Below are positions 19,520 through 29,411 of a stretch of DNA of 64,000 nt, piece by piece. The notes beneath the pieces were generated by a model. It had not been told where the DNA came from, did not search any database, and was given only the letters and a program-made list of their open reading frames with translations. The stretch lies in sequence record NZ_CP064874.1, one strand, 5' to 3'. A program made the translations under genes and the position numbers. Positions within the stretch are counted from its first letter, which is position 1, and each line of letters starts with the position of its first letter. This stretch comes from a plasmid.

Positions 19520-19787
19520 GAAGGGTAGGCACCCCACCGCTGTCGGTGTGTCGTCCCGCCCATCGAGTTCGAGAACGCGTTCTATGCTGTGCGGCGATGA
19601 TCAACCTGACCGCCACCGTCCCGCTTGGACCGCTGACAGAACTTGTCGGACGATCCCTCTCGGCGACTGGGAGATGGGTCAACTCATCCGGTAGCGCCTA
19701 CCTGTCATATCCATCACTCAGAGGATCCTGACCCGGACGAACGATCGCAGTCGCTCGAGGGCAAAGGACCCGTGCGGATGTCGCGCG

Positions 19788-20924
19788 TCACACCTCGACC
19801 TCGAACGGCAACTTTCGCAGTGTCGTCGCGGAAATCCCGGTGCTCTTGTACATCCGGGCGTGGGCGTACTGGATCTCCGGCAGCAGATCGATGCGGCCGA
19901 TCGCCTCCAGCATGATCTCGTCGGCCTGACCGGTGAGATGACGCAGTTCGGGGATCGCGTACCCGCCCACGTACTTCCCGGAGTTGAGATCCCAGGAGCG
20001 CACGGCCGGCAGCGCCTCCTCGATCCTCTCGCCGAGCTCCACCAGAGCATCGAACGTGTCCTGCCCGTAAGCGTGCGGGGAGAATGGGATCTGCGACATC
20101 GTGCCCTTGGTGACGTTGAAGCAGTCGCCCGTGAACGTCCACCACAGGAACGCCAGCCGCGACGCCGCGATCGCGCTGGCCGCGAGCTGGTCCTTCCGGT
20201 TCTGAACGAACAGCTTCCCCTCGTTGAGGGGCACCGTGGCGTGCGTGGTCTTGTCGTAGGTGACCGGCGGCACCGTGTACGTGCTCAGGAAGTACGTGGC
20301 GGTCTTCTTGAAACCGACGGAGTAGTCGCTCACACGGACAAGCGGCGTCGAGGAGATCGTGCCCTTCGCAAGCAGCGTGTCGATCAGCTCGAACATCGCG
20401 TCGCTGCTGGCGCGCATCCAGTTCGGGGTCCGCGAGCCGGCGGGCCGAAGCGAATACCGCAGTGTCGCCATCAGATGCGGACGGAACGCCTCGATCCAGC
20501 TGTGGGTGAGCGTCGTGTGCAGCTCGGAGACGCTGCCATACCCGGCGGCGGTGATGATCGTGCTGCGCACCTTCACCTGGAACAGGGCAGCCGGGCGTTC
20601 CTGGAAGGTGCTCACCCAGATCGCATCGAACCGCCGCTCGTAGAACTTCCGCAGTGACTCGTCGCGATCGGCGAACTGGCTGCGGATGGGAACGATCAGG
20701 CTGAGCCGGCCATCCGGGCGCGTGATCTGCGCCGAGCGCTCGCAGCAGGAGGCGTAGATGTCGTCGACGTTGTCTGTCTCGAAGCCGGTGATGCGGTAGC
20801 TGAGCTCGCGCCGGTTGACGTAGGGTGGGTTGCCGATGACGACGTCGAAGCCGCCCTGATTGGGGTGTGACACGTCGCCCCGCACCGGCAAGAAGCGCGG
20901 CCCGTACAATGTCCAGCGCATCGA
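19788..20924 (-). pseudogene. N6-adenine DNA methyltransferase (gamma-class, Eco57I/PglX-like) lacking its N-terminal AdoMet motif I; 5'-truncated
   Basis: FDVVIGNPPY (motif IV) lies only ~25 aa after the first possible start. Upstream the frame overlaps the conserved RHH paralog on the other strand. Confidence 0.55.
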
Positions 20925-21084
20925 AAAACACCCCGCGACCTTCCGACTACCTCCGGACGTCTTCGAGTACATCAACCAGGCACGCGACGAAGCCGCGGCC
21001 CGTGGTGATCGCCTCACCAAAGACGAAGCGATCACCATGGCAGTCCGCGCGTTCTGGGGCGGCAAGCGCCAGCGCCGCCGCTGA
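20860..21084 (+). CDS. RHH-like small basic protein, paralog of 18657..19058 (TTG start)
   Basis: GKKRGPYNV...RLPPDVFEYINQARDEAAARGDRLTKDEAITMAVRAFWGGKRQRRR, ~65% DNA identity to the first copy. Confidence 0.55.
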   Translation: MGCDTSPRTGKKRGPYNVQRIEKHPATFRLPPDVFEYINQARDEAAARGDRLTKDEAITMAVRAFWGGKRQRRR

Positions 21085-21149
21085 TCACCACACCGACATA
21101 ACCGACGAAAAGAACTCTGGAGGCATCTGATGAGCCGTCGATCTATGCT

Positions 21150-21651
21150 CGAGCAGGAAACCGATCCGCTACACCCCGCGCGGATGCTACCGCGCACCTG
21201 AGACGAACGCGCGGTCCTTCACCGAGGATGGCTACATCTCGACATGATCAACCGAGGCAGCGAGAAGATTTCGTGCGAAGAGGTGGAGGACCTCGTCTAC
21301 CGCTATGACAGCTTCGATCTAGCGGCCGCCGTCGCGATGCTCGACCCCGTGTTCAGCGAGCGGGTATGCGTCTACGTGAGTCTCAAGGAGGGCGGCCCGC
21401 TCGGGCTCGAACGGATCCGCGCCGCCATGGAGTCCGCCGGGGTGGCTAAGCATAAGCACCCCGAGCGGCTGATCGCCGTCGACGACATGCCCCTCACCAA
21501 GGTAGGCAAGATTGACAAGAGGGAGCGGAGAGGGCTTTGCCCGCCGCGACAGCGCCTAATGGGGCAGACGCTCAGCGCCCGCGCCGCCACGCGAGCCAGT
21601 GGCGGATGCTCTCCTCGAGCGCGTGCAATAGAGGCAACATCACCCAGATGA
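21150..21651 (+). pseudogene. AMP-dependent synthetase/ligase (aryl-AMP ligase-like) C-terminal fragment with internal frameshift
   Basis: ..EDGYIST* then, in another frame, INRGSEKISCEEVEDLVYRYD...TKVGKIDKR (AMP-binding C-terminal domain). No N-terminal body. Confidence 0.5.
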
Positions 21652-22126
21652 CGCACGCGACGGTCAGTGGCGTCGTACATAGGATCTGGAGGTACGGCGG
21701 CAGGCCGGTCAGGAGCGGAGCGATGAAGTAGGCGTTGAACATGGCAGGCGGTACCAGCGCGATCCACACTAAAATCGCCGTCCACCACCGCGGGCGCGCG
21801 GGACCGGCCGTCGGGATTGCACCGGTGAGGGCGTCCGGAGTCAGTGGACGGGCCTGCCCGATCGTGAGCGGCACGGCCTGTTGCAGGTGCGCCTGCCGCT
21901 CCTTACTGTCCTCCCACCGGATGAGGTCATGGGGGGAAGCGAACGTGATCTCGACGACAACCTGGCGCCGGTGCCGTTCCGAGACTCGGACCTTCGACTC
22001 CCGGTAGCCGGGGAACGACTGGGCCCGGCCGGTGAAACCATGCGCCCACTCGGTGAGATCGTCCAGCCGCCCGGGGACGGCTGTGCGCGCCACCCGAGCC
22101 GTGACCGTGAGGTTATCTGGTTGCAT
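21572..22126 (-). CDS. ABM (antibiotic-biosynthesis-monooxygenase-like) domain protein with C-terminal transmembrane helices
   Basis: 184 aa; hydrophobic C-terminus WWTAILVWIALVPPAMF...VIWVMLPLL. Confidence 0.45.
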   Translation of the reverse strand: MQPDNLTVTARVARTAVPGRLDDLTEWAHGFTGRAQSFPGYRESKVRVSERHRRQVVVEITFASPHDLIRWEDSKERQAHLQQAVPLTIGQARPLTPDALTGAIPTAGPARPRWWTAILVWIALVPPAMFNAYFIAPLLTGLPPYLQILCTTPLTVACVIWVMLPLLHALEESIRHWLAWRRGR

Positions 22127-22668
22127 GGTGTCCTCCCGGGGCAGAGGAAGCCCCGTCTCCCAGCGTATTGCGCCGATGACGCGGCACTGAACAGCTTCCG
22201 ACCATCGGGGTCCGGATCAATAGCGCGAAATAGTGCTCTTCCGAGCAGTGGAGTGTCACCGCCACTGCCGCCTCACGCAGGATGGAAAGTTGAAAGACCT
22301 GGATCGACGGGGAGGTCATTTGCACGAGGCGTTTCGCTTGCTGCGGGAAGAAAGGCTCAAACGAGGCCGATACCATCGCCGAGCGACGGTGTATCACCCG
22401 GACGTAGAAGAGGTCGACCAGCTCTACGGTGTCCGGCTTCAGCTGGAGTCCTTAGGCGCGCGCCGGACGGTGGACGGATGCTGCGCTCCGAGATCGGCGC
22501 TTCGCGCGAGTACGGGACGCTAATGGATGCGGCGCTGGCAGTCGGTGACATGGGCGCCTGGCTGGTGGCGCACCACGCGTTCCTCCGCTGCTGCGTCGCG
22601 CGTGCAGACATCCCGTTGGGGCGGGTAGTGGACTCCTACCCGGAACGCTGCTTACACATCTATCAGTT

Positions 22669-22863
22669 GTGGCACCCGCAGTCGTTCGCCATCGCTCATC
22701 GCGAGTACGAGGCCGTCCTCGAGTCGATCGTCAGGCGTCCGACGCCCAGGGGATCGATCTGTCGCCGCTGGCGACCCACGAGTTCGCCTTCGACGATGCC
22801 GCCGCCGCCTTCGAGCAGTCCCGCGACGCGTCCAGCAGCCTGAAGGTCCTGCTCCGACCGTAG
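22669..22863 (+). pseudogene. zinc-dependent alcohol dehydrogenase (MDR), C-terminal ~60-aa remnant
   Basis: GIDLSPLATHEFAFDDAAAAFEQ...LKVLL is the typical C-terminal end of MDR dehydrogenases. No upstream body. Confidence 0.45.
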
Positions 22864-22981
22864 AGCGCCTGGGCCGTCGGGGCCGTCACAGGGAGCCACG
22901 CGGGCGGCGTGGGGTGGCACGGGCTGCAGTGGCACCGCGGAGACGATCCTCCCGCCTGTCGGGTCGGCATCGGAGCGCGCG

Positions 22982-23806
22982 GTGCAGGAGGAGCGCGCCC
23001 ACGTTGCAAGTAAGCTTTCTGCCGTGCAGAATCGACAGCTCGGGTCGCCGGGCGATCCACCCCAGTATCCGATCGAGTCGGTCGACAACGCGCTGAAGCT
23101 GATCCTGCTGCTGGGTGAGGAGCACGAGCTGCGGCTCACGGACGCCGGTGCCCTCCTCGGGGTGGCGACCTCGACCGCGCACCGACTTCTCGCGATGCTG
23201 GCATGGCGCGGCTTCGTGCGGCAGAACCCGGTGACCAAGGCTTACGGCCCTGGCCCGGCGCTGACGACGGTGGCCTTCTCGGTGCTGCGCAGGATGGATG
23301 TCCCGAGACTGGCGCAGCCGATCCTCGAGGACCTCAGCGCCGCCCTCGGTGAGACCTGCCACCTGGGCACGCTCGAGGGCAACCATGTCCGATTCTTCGC
23401 CGTTGCCGAGCCCGATGTGGCCGTGCGCGTGGTTTCGAGACTGGGCAAGACCCTGCCGGCGCATTGCACCTCGACCGGCAAGGCGCTGCTTGCCGAGCTG
23501 AGCGACGAGCAGCTCTTCCGGCTGTACCCGGACGAGCAGCTCGAGATCGTCACACCGAACTCCATACGTTCCCGAGACGAACTCGTCGCCGAACTGGTTC
23601 GGACACGACTGGACGGTTATGCCGTGAATCGGCAGGAAAGCGAGGACGGCGTGGCGAGCGTCGCGGTCCCGGTCCACGTCTCGTCGGGACTGCGACTGGC
23701 GATCAACGCCTCCGCGCCCGTGCAGCGGTTACCGCCGGGCAAGGTCAAGTCCCTAGCGCGGTCACTGCAGGACGCCGCGATCCGCCTCGCCGAACTGTTG
23801 GGGTGA
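22982..23806 (+). CDS. IclR-family transcriptional regulator
   Basis: N-terminal wHTH (SVDNALKLILLLGE) plus C-terminal IclR effector domain (GVASVAVPV). Confidence 0.75.
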   Translation: MQEERAHVASKLSAVQNRQLGSPGDPPQYPIESVDNALKLILLLGEEHELRLTDAGALLGVATSTAHRLLAMLAWRGFVRQNPVTKAYGPGPALTTVAFSVLRRMDVPRLAQPILEDLSAALGETCHLGTLEGNHVRFFAVAEPDVAVRVVSRLGKTLPAHCTSTGKALLAELSDEQLFRLYPDEQLEIVTPNSIRSRDELVAELVRTRLDGYAVNRQESEDGVASVAVPVHVSSGLRLAINASAPVQRLPPGKVKSLARSLQDAAIRLAELLG

Positions 23807-23905
23807 ACCGGCCCGGGTCGTCGTAGCGCCCATGGATGCGCTGCGCACGCGAACACGCCGCTGATGAGCGTGGCTGCGGGAGCGACCGACCCGCCGCCGT
23901 GGGCC

Positions 23906-24745
23906 TCAGTGCCCGTTGGCCGGATCGTCCGGGTCGCGGGCGGCTTCTTCGCCTTGATCCAGCCCACTCAGCGTCGCCATATCCTCCGAGCTGAGCGTGA
24001 AATCGAAGACGTCGATGTTCTGCGCGAGATGCTTCTCATCGCCGGCGCGCGGGACGGGAACGATCCCTTCCTCGATGTGCCAGCGCAGTAGGACCTGTGC
24101 GGGCGACTTGTCATACTTCGACGCGATCGCGGTCACCGCGGGATCGGACAGCAGGGCTCCTCCGCGTCCGAGCGGGCTCCACGCCTCGGTCAGGATGCCG
24201 TGAGCGCGCTGGAAGCTGCGCTGTTCGACACGGGCGATGTCGACGCTGAGCTGGATCTGATCGACGTCGGGGACGACACCGGTCGCGTCGACGACGCGCT
24301 GAAGGTGGTGAGACTTGAAGTTGGAGACGCCGATCGCCTTCACTCGTCCCTCTTCGAGCAGTCTCACCAGACCCTTCCACGCTTCGACGTATCGGTCGAG
24401 GGCCGGAACCGGCCAATGGATCAGGAACAGATCGAGGTAGTCGACGCGAAGGGTCTTCAGCGATCGGTCGTACGCGCGCTGCACTCCCTCGACGCTGTGG
24501 TCCTCCTTGTTGAACTTGCTCGTGATGAAGACCTCGTCACGAGGGATGCCCGATGCACGCAGACCGGCACCGACGGCCTCCTCATTCGCGTACTTGTACG
24601 CCGTATCGAACAGGCGGTAACCGTAGCCGACCGCCTTCTCGACCATCGTTGCGCACTCGTCTCCCGTGAGTGGCCACGTGCCCACCCCGATTCGCGGGAT
24701 GCGGTGACCGTGCAGGAGGGGGAGGGTGGTGTCGTCAGCTCTCAT
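23906..24745 (-). CDS. aldo/keto reductase (2,5-diketo-D-gluconate reductase-like)
   Basis: GVGTWPL...DTAYKYANE...IHWP motifs. Confidence 0.8.
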   Translation of the reverse strand: MRADDTTLPLLHGHRIPRIGVGTWPLTGDECATMVEKAVGYGYRLFDTAYKYANEEAVGAGLRASGIPRDEVFITSKFNKEDHSVEGVQRAYDRSLKTLRVDYLDLFLIHWPVPALDRYVEAWKGLVRLLEEGRVKAIGVSNFKSHHLQRVVDATGVVPDVDQIQLSVDIARVEQRSFQRAHGILTEAWSPLGRGGALLSDPAVTAIASKYDKSPAQVLLRWHIEEGIVPVPRAGDEKHLAQNIDVFDFTLSSEDMATLSGLDQGEEAARDPDDPANGH

Positions 24746-25995
24746 CGGGCGGCCGCCTTCGCCGGAGCCGTGCTCGAGGGCTCGAGGAGGGCGCGCAGCC
24801 GATGTATCAGCTCGTCCGCCTTCGCTCGCGAGGCGACCGAGCGGCGGGCGTCGACGAGGGCACGCGGCCAGTTCACGATGACGGCACCTTCGGCCTGCCC
24901 TTGGCTCTCGCCGTACACGACGGCGAAGCGGTCCTGCGCAGGGTCGCCCACCATCGTCCAGTGATCAGATCCGGTATGCCCGACGATCTGGATCTTCCAG
25001 TCGTACTGGTCGCTCCAGACATACTCGGTCGTGTCGTAGTCCTCGCAATCATCAGGGTGGACGATGTTGTGTGCGACGACGCGAGCCTGATCAACGGCAT
25101 TGGTCCAATGTTCGAGGCGCAGCGAGACGTTGCGCGACGCACTCGCCCAACGTGCGATATCGCCGACGGCAAAGATCTCAGGATGCCCGATGGCCCGCAG
25201 CCCAGAGTCGCAGGTCACCCCGTTGTCGAGTTCGATGCCGGAACCCTCGAGCCACTCTGTGTTGACCACAGCTCCGATACCGACGAGAGCTGCATCGGCC
25301 TCGATGATCTCGCCGCCATCGAGCACCACGCGCACCCCGTCTGCCGTCTGTTCGACGCCTTCGACTGTCCTTCCGAAGTACTCCTCGACGCCCTCCTGGG
25401 CATACTTGCGGCTGAAGATCTGGCCGACTTCGGCATTGAGCACCCGCGACATCGGCGCCGGGAACGGGTCAACCATGCTGACCCGTACGCCCGCCGTGAT
25501 CGCCGTTGCGGCAGCCTCCCCCCCGATGAAGCCTGCGCCGATGACCACAAGGTGCCGCGCTGTGGCCAGCTCATCCCGCAAGCGCTCGGCATCGCCGCTG
25601 GTACGCAGCAAGTGAATATGCTCACCTTCACCCCACGGAGAGCGACGGGCGCGTGACCCGGTGGCGATCACGAGTGTGTCGTATGAGACGGCTGTACCGT
25701 CCTCGAGCGTCACAACCTGGCCTTCGAGGTTGAGGGATGCCGCGGGCGTGCCGAAGATTGAGATGGCTCCGATCCCCCGCGTCTCGTGCTCGGAGAGAAG
25801 CTCGATCTCGTGTCGCGCCGTCTCACCGGTGAGGTACTTCTTCGAGAGCGGAGGTTTGTCGTAGGTGGGATGGCGTTCCTGGTCAATCAGGACGATCTCG
25901 CCCTCGAATCCCTCGCTTCGAAGGGCTTGGGCGGTCTTGAGCCCACCAACAGAGGCGCCGACGATGACGACCCGCGACACGTCAGTCCTCCACAA
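24742..25995 (-). CDS. FAD/NAD(P)-dependent ferredoxin reductase
   Basis: VVIVGASVGG...VVIGAGFIGGE double Rossmann. Start/stop overlap with neighbours (operon). Confidence 0.8.
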   Translation of the reverse strand: MWRTDVSRVVIVGASVGGLKTAQALRSEGFEGEIVLIDQERHPTYDKPPLSKKYLTGETARHEIELLSEHETRGIGAISIFGTPAASLNLEGQVVTLEDGTAVSYDTLVIATGSRARRSPWGEGEHIHLLRTSGDAERLRDELATARHLVVIGAGFIGGEAAATAITAGVRVSMVDPFPAPMSRVLNAEVGQIFSRKYAQEGVEEYFGRTVEGVEQTADGVRVVLDGGEIIEADAALVGIGAVVNTEWLEGSGIELDNGVTCDSGLRAIGHPEIFAVGDIARWASASRNVSLRLEHWTNAVDQARVVAHNIVHPDDCEDYDTTEYVWSDQYDWKIQIVGHTGSDHWTMVGDPAQDRFAVVYGESQGQAEGAVIVNWPRALVDARRSVASRAKADELIHRLRALLEPSSTAPAKAAAR

Positions 25996-26176
25996 CCAAG
26001 GCGGAGACGGGGCAGCTGCGCGCCGCCTCCTCTACTCGCTTGCGGTCACTGTCGGGCAGGTCCTCGCGCAGAACGATCACTAGGGCGTCGTCATCTAGGT
26101 CGAAGTAGTCGCCCGCGGCGACAACGCAATTGGCGTAGCCCTGGCAGGCGCTGCGGTCGGCGATGATCCGTGCCAT
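25982..26176 (-). CDS. [3Fe-4S]-type ferredoxin
   Basis: 64 aa; CQGYANC...C P motif. Confidence 0.7.
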   Translation of the reverse strand: MARIIADRSACQGYANCVVAAGDYFDLDDDALVIVLREDLPDSDRKRVEEAARSCPVSALVVED

Positions 26177-26190
26177 CGGTCTCTCCTTTT

Positions 26191-26505
26191 CTACTGCGGT
26201 CGCATTTCGGGAAACATCGGCTGGTCAGGCCGCGCGATCATCTCGGAGAACGTCTGCGTGGTCTGCCAGGTCAGGGCCTCGAGTTCCATGGGGTCGATCG
26301 CGATCCACTGGCCAGTTTTCGGGGCGTCGATCAGTAGCCTCGTGCCGTTGTGAGTTTCCACGCGGCGCACTTCGATCTCCGAAAACTCGTTGGCGATGAC
26401 GAGCGGCTCTCCGACGGTGCGGGCAATAAGACGCTCGCGCTCCGCCGCCGCAGCCGCCGCGGCATCACGATCGACGTCGGCACCCTCCCAGTCGAGGCCG
26501 CTCAC
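26191..26505 (-). CDS. hypothetical protein (104 aa) within the dioxygenase operon
   Basis: Overlapping start/stop with flanking genes. Confidence 0.45.
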   Translation of the reverse strand: MSGLDWEGADVDRDAAAAAAAERERLIARTVGEPLVIANEFSEIEVRRVETHNGTRLLIDAPKTGQWIAIDPMELEALTWQTTQTFSEMIARPDQPMFPEMRPQ

Positions 26506-27095
26506 AGGAAGATCGCCAGGTTCTGGGTGCGGAGCACCGACTCGTCCACCATGATCACCCGACGTGCCAACTGCAGGTCGTCACCGACGCGACGCAATAC
26601 GTCCTCGCGGTGAGCGGAGATGATTGACGGCTCGTTGACGTCTCCCCGGCTGCGGAACAGCAGGACGGCGGAGTCGACGATGAGCTCGTCCTCGACCGAG
26701 GACAGGAACACGCGCACGTTCGTCACGTAGTGACGCAGGCGTGAGGGAGGGTCCTCCGTCCAAGCGTGTTCAGTCAGGAATCGCGCGACCCGGCGGCTGA
26801 GCGAGTACTTATTCTCGTCCCAGTGCGACATCCCCCTCGCCGTCGTGAAGGAAGACCCGAGAGCCGTCGTCTGACGCACCGGCATGATGTAGTGAATATC
26901 CTCTGTAAGCGTCTCAAGCCAGTGCTCGTACCGTTGCTCGTCGAGGGTGTAAGCCTCTTCAATCAACCAACGATGCGCCTCGAGATGCAGTTCGTCGGAG
27001 AACAGTAGGGACCGCCCGACTCGATCGGCGCGCGTGGCGTGGGCGCCGAGAGGCGATTGCTCGGATATCTGGACACCGGTCTCGGTGTTCATCAT
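26502..27095 (-). CDS. aromatic-ring-hydroxylating dioxygenase beta subunit
   Basis: SnoaL-like fold of RHD beta subunits, ~197 aa, immediately downstream of the alpha subunit. Confidence 0.8.
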   Translation of the reverse strand: MMNTETGVQISEQSPLGAHATRADRVGRSLLFSDELHLEAHRWLIEEAYTLDEQRYEHWLETLTEDIHYIMPVRQTTALGSSFTTARGMSHWDENKYSLSRRVARFLTEHAWTEDPPSRLRHYVTNVRVFLSSVEDELIVDSAVLLFRSRGDVNEPSIISAHREDVLRRVGDDLQLARRVIMVDESVLRTQNLAIFL

Positions 27096-28486
27096 GCGGG
27101 TGCCTCCCCGTTGTTGGTGATGCCTGTACCGATGCTCGCGACCTGCACCTCGACTTCGTCATCGGTGTCGAGGTAGTCGGCCCAGCGATCGAGCAGATGA
27201 CGCTGGTTGTACTCGCCGTAACCAACGTGCGCGACGCCTGGACCGGCGAACTGTTCAGGCGTCAGCGCAGCGACGACCGGAGTGTCGTCTTTGAGAGTCC
27301 CCATCCGACTGTTGAGCAGGAGCCGTCGAGCCATCGAACCCTTGGCAGTCGTGGTCAGCGAGACCCAGTTCTCGACATCGTCCTGCTCGAACATTCCCGT
27401 GCTACCGAAGCACATAAGGTAGGCCTTGTACGAGAGCTCCTTGAACTCCTCCGGCGCCTCGGCATCGACCGCGAACCAGGAGTAGACCTCCGTCTCGTTC
27501 TCGCTAATGGGCTGCCACGAACGGATCGAGATGAAGGGCAGCACGTCGTCCCCGTCCTCCACCTTCGGCCAGTTGTGCACGAAACTCATGTTCGGGAAGA
27601 GCGATGCCGCTGAGATCATAAACCCGTCACGGCCAATCACATCGAGCTGCTCAGGCGACCATTGCTCCTTCATCCGCTCGATCATCGCGTCGGGATATCC
27701 GACGTAGCGCAGCCGCTCCTCGAGGCTGCCCGGCGGGAGCTTGTAGGTCGTGCCGCCGCCGTTGCCGGCCCAGTACGTGTTGCCGTCCTTGCGCTTCTCC
27801 GCCTTCGGCTCACGGAACAACCCGATCTCGACGACCGAGGTGTGGGTCTGGGGCGTGTGATACATGTCGCCGGCGAAGTTCTCGGCGCCGATCTTCCAGT
27901 TCGCGTTGACGCGCCACCGCTGCGGGCCACGCAGCTCGATGCCCTTGGCGCTCTGCCCGGTGTAGTAGTCGAGGTAGAACGCGAAGTCGCCGATGTATTC
28001 CCGCAGGGTCGGCGCGTTCGGGTCCATGCTGATGAAGATCAGACCGTTGTATGTGTCCAGGTTCGGCGCCGGGAGCAGTCGTGCACCCTTCTTGTTGAAC
28101 CCTGCCTCACCCCCGTAGGCCTCCTCGTGGAACGGGAGGCCCATAATCCGGCCGTCGTTGCGGTATGACCACCCGTGGTAGGGGCAACGGAAGTGGGAGG
28201 CGTTGCCGACCTCGGCGCGGCACACCTGCATCCCGCGGTGCAGGCACATGTTGAAGTGCGCCCGAATCTCACCACTCTCATCGCGCACGACGATAAACGA
28301 GTCGTCGAGCACATGCCGCACCACGTAGTCACCGGGCTGAGGGATCTCGGATTCATGTCCGACGAAAATCCACGCGCGGCTGAAGAGCTTGCTCTTCTCC
28401 TGCTCGAAGATCTCCTCGTCGTTATAGATGTGCGCCGGGATCATGCCGCGCCGCACGTCCTCGAAGATCGTCGTCTTGCTCGCCAT
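27092..28486 (-). CDS. Rieske [2Fe-2S] aromatic-ring-hydroxylating dioxygenase alpha subunit
   Basis: CLHRG..-..CPYHGW Rieske motif and C-terminal catalytic domain with the mononuclear-iron His/Asp region. Confidence 0.85.
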   Translation of the reverse strand: MASKTTIFEDVRRGMIPAHIYNDEEIFEQEKSKLFSRAWIFVGHESEIPQPGDYVVRHVLDDSFIVVRDESGEIRAHFNMCLHRGMQVCRAEVGNASHFRCPYHGWSYRNDGRIMGLPFHEEAYGGEAGFNKKGARLLPAPNLDTYNGLIFISMDPNAPTLREYIGDFAFYLDYYTGQSAKGIELRGPQRWRVNANWKIGAENFAGDMYHTPQTHTSVVEIGLFREPKAEKRKDGNTYWAGNGGGTTYKLPPGSLEERLRYVGYPDAMIERMKEQWSPEQLDVIGRDGFMISAASLFPNMSFVHNWPKVEDGDDVLPFISIRSWQPISENETEVYSWFAVDAEAPEEFKELSYKAYLMCFGSTGMFEQDDVENWVSLTTTAKGSMARRLLLNSRMGTLKDDTPVVAALTPEQFAGPGVAHVGYGEYNQRHLLDRWADYLDTDDEVEVQVASIGTGITNNGEAPA

Positions 28487-28631
28487 TGGGTCGCTGCTTC
28501 CTGATGTCAGAGTCCTATTCCGCGCCTTGAAGATGATGTCGGTCGAGACCGGTTTTCTTTAAGACAGAATCTGATTCTGCTAGATTTTCCAGGAATTCGC
28601 AATCGGAGATCACGCCTCGAAGGAGAAGTGG

Positions 28632-29360
28632 ATGATGAACGACTACGTCGACGAACGCATGCTCGTCGCCAATGCTTGCCGCGTGCTCGCGGTCCGGGGG
28701 CTCGTGGACGACATCCTCGGGCACGTCAGCCTGCGGGTCGACGACGACACCGTCCTCATCCGAGCCCGCGGACCGCAGGAGCGGGGGCTGCGGTTCACCA
28801 CCGCCGACGACATCCTCGCCGTGCCCCTTGAGGGATCGTTCGAGCTCGCCGGCGGGTACCGGGCGCCGAACGAGCTGTCTCTGCATCTTGAGCTGCTGCG
28901 CCGCAATCCTGCGGCTCGATCCGTCGTCCACGCGCATCCGCCGGCTGTCGTCGCGTTCTCGCTGACCGGACGGACGTTGCTACCGATTGTCGGTGCCTTC
29001 AACATCCCCGCTATGCGGATGGCGCGCGGCGGCATCCCCGCGCACCCCTCGTCTGCGCTGATCCGCAACCACGCACGCGCGACGGCCATGGCGGACGATT
29101 TCGGCACGCGGCCGGTCGGCATCCTGCGCGGTCACGGCCTCACGGCCGTCGGCGAGAGCGTCCCGCAGGCCGTCATCCGCGCGATCAATGTCGACAGCCT
29201 GGCTCGCGTGCACCTCGCCGTTCTGCAGGCAGGGGCCGAGCCTATGCCGATCGATGACGACGATCTCGCCGACCTGCCCGACCTGGGTGACGCATTCAAC
29301 GACGGGCATCTCTGGCGATTCCTGCTGCAGGAACTTGCTGAGCAACGGCTCCTGCTGTAG
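28632..29360 (+). CDS. class II aldolase/adducin-family protein
   Basis: 242 aa; DDILGHVSLR...VVHAHPP motifs. Confidence 0.7.
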   Translation: MMNDYVDERMLVANACRVLAVRGLVDDILGHVSLRVDDDTVLIRARGPQERGLRFTTADDILAVPLEGSFELAGGYRAPNELSLHLELLRRNPAARSVVHAHPPAVVAFSLTGRTLLPIVGAFNIPAMRMARGGIPAHPSSALIRNHARATAMADDFGTRPVGILRGHGLTAVGESVPQAVIRAINVDSLARVHLAVLQAGAEPMPIDDDDLADLPDLGDAFNDGHLWRFLLQELAEQRLLL

Positions 29361-29411
29361 TCGGGCCATCACAGATGTCCGGAGCCCGGGTCGCGATCAG
29401 CTGCACCATCC

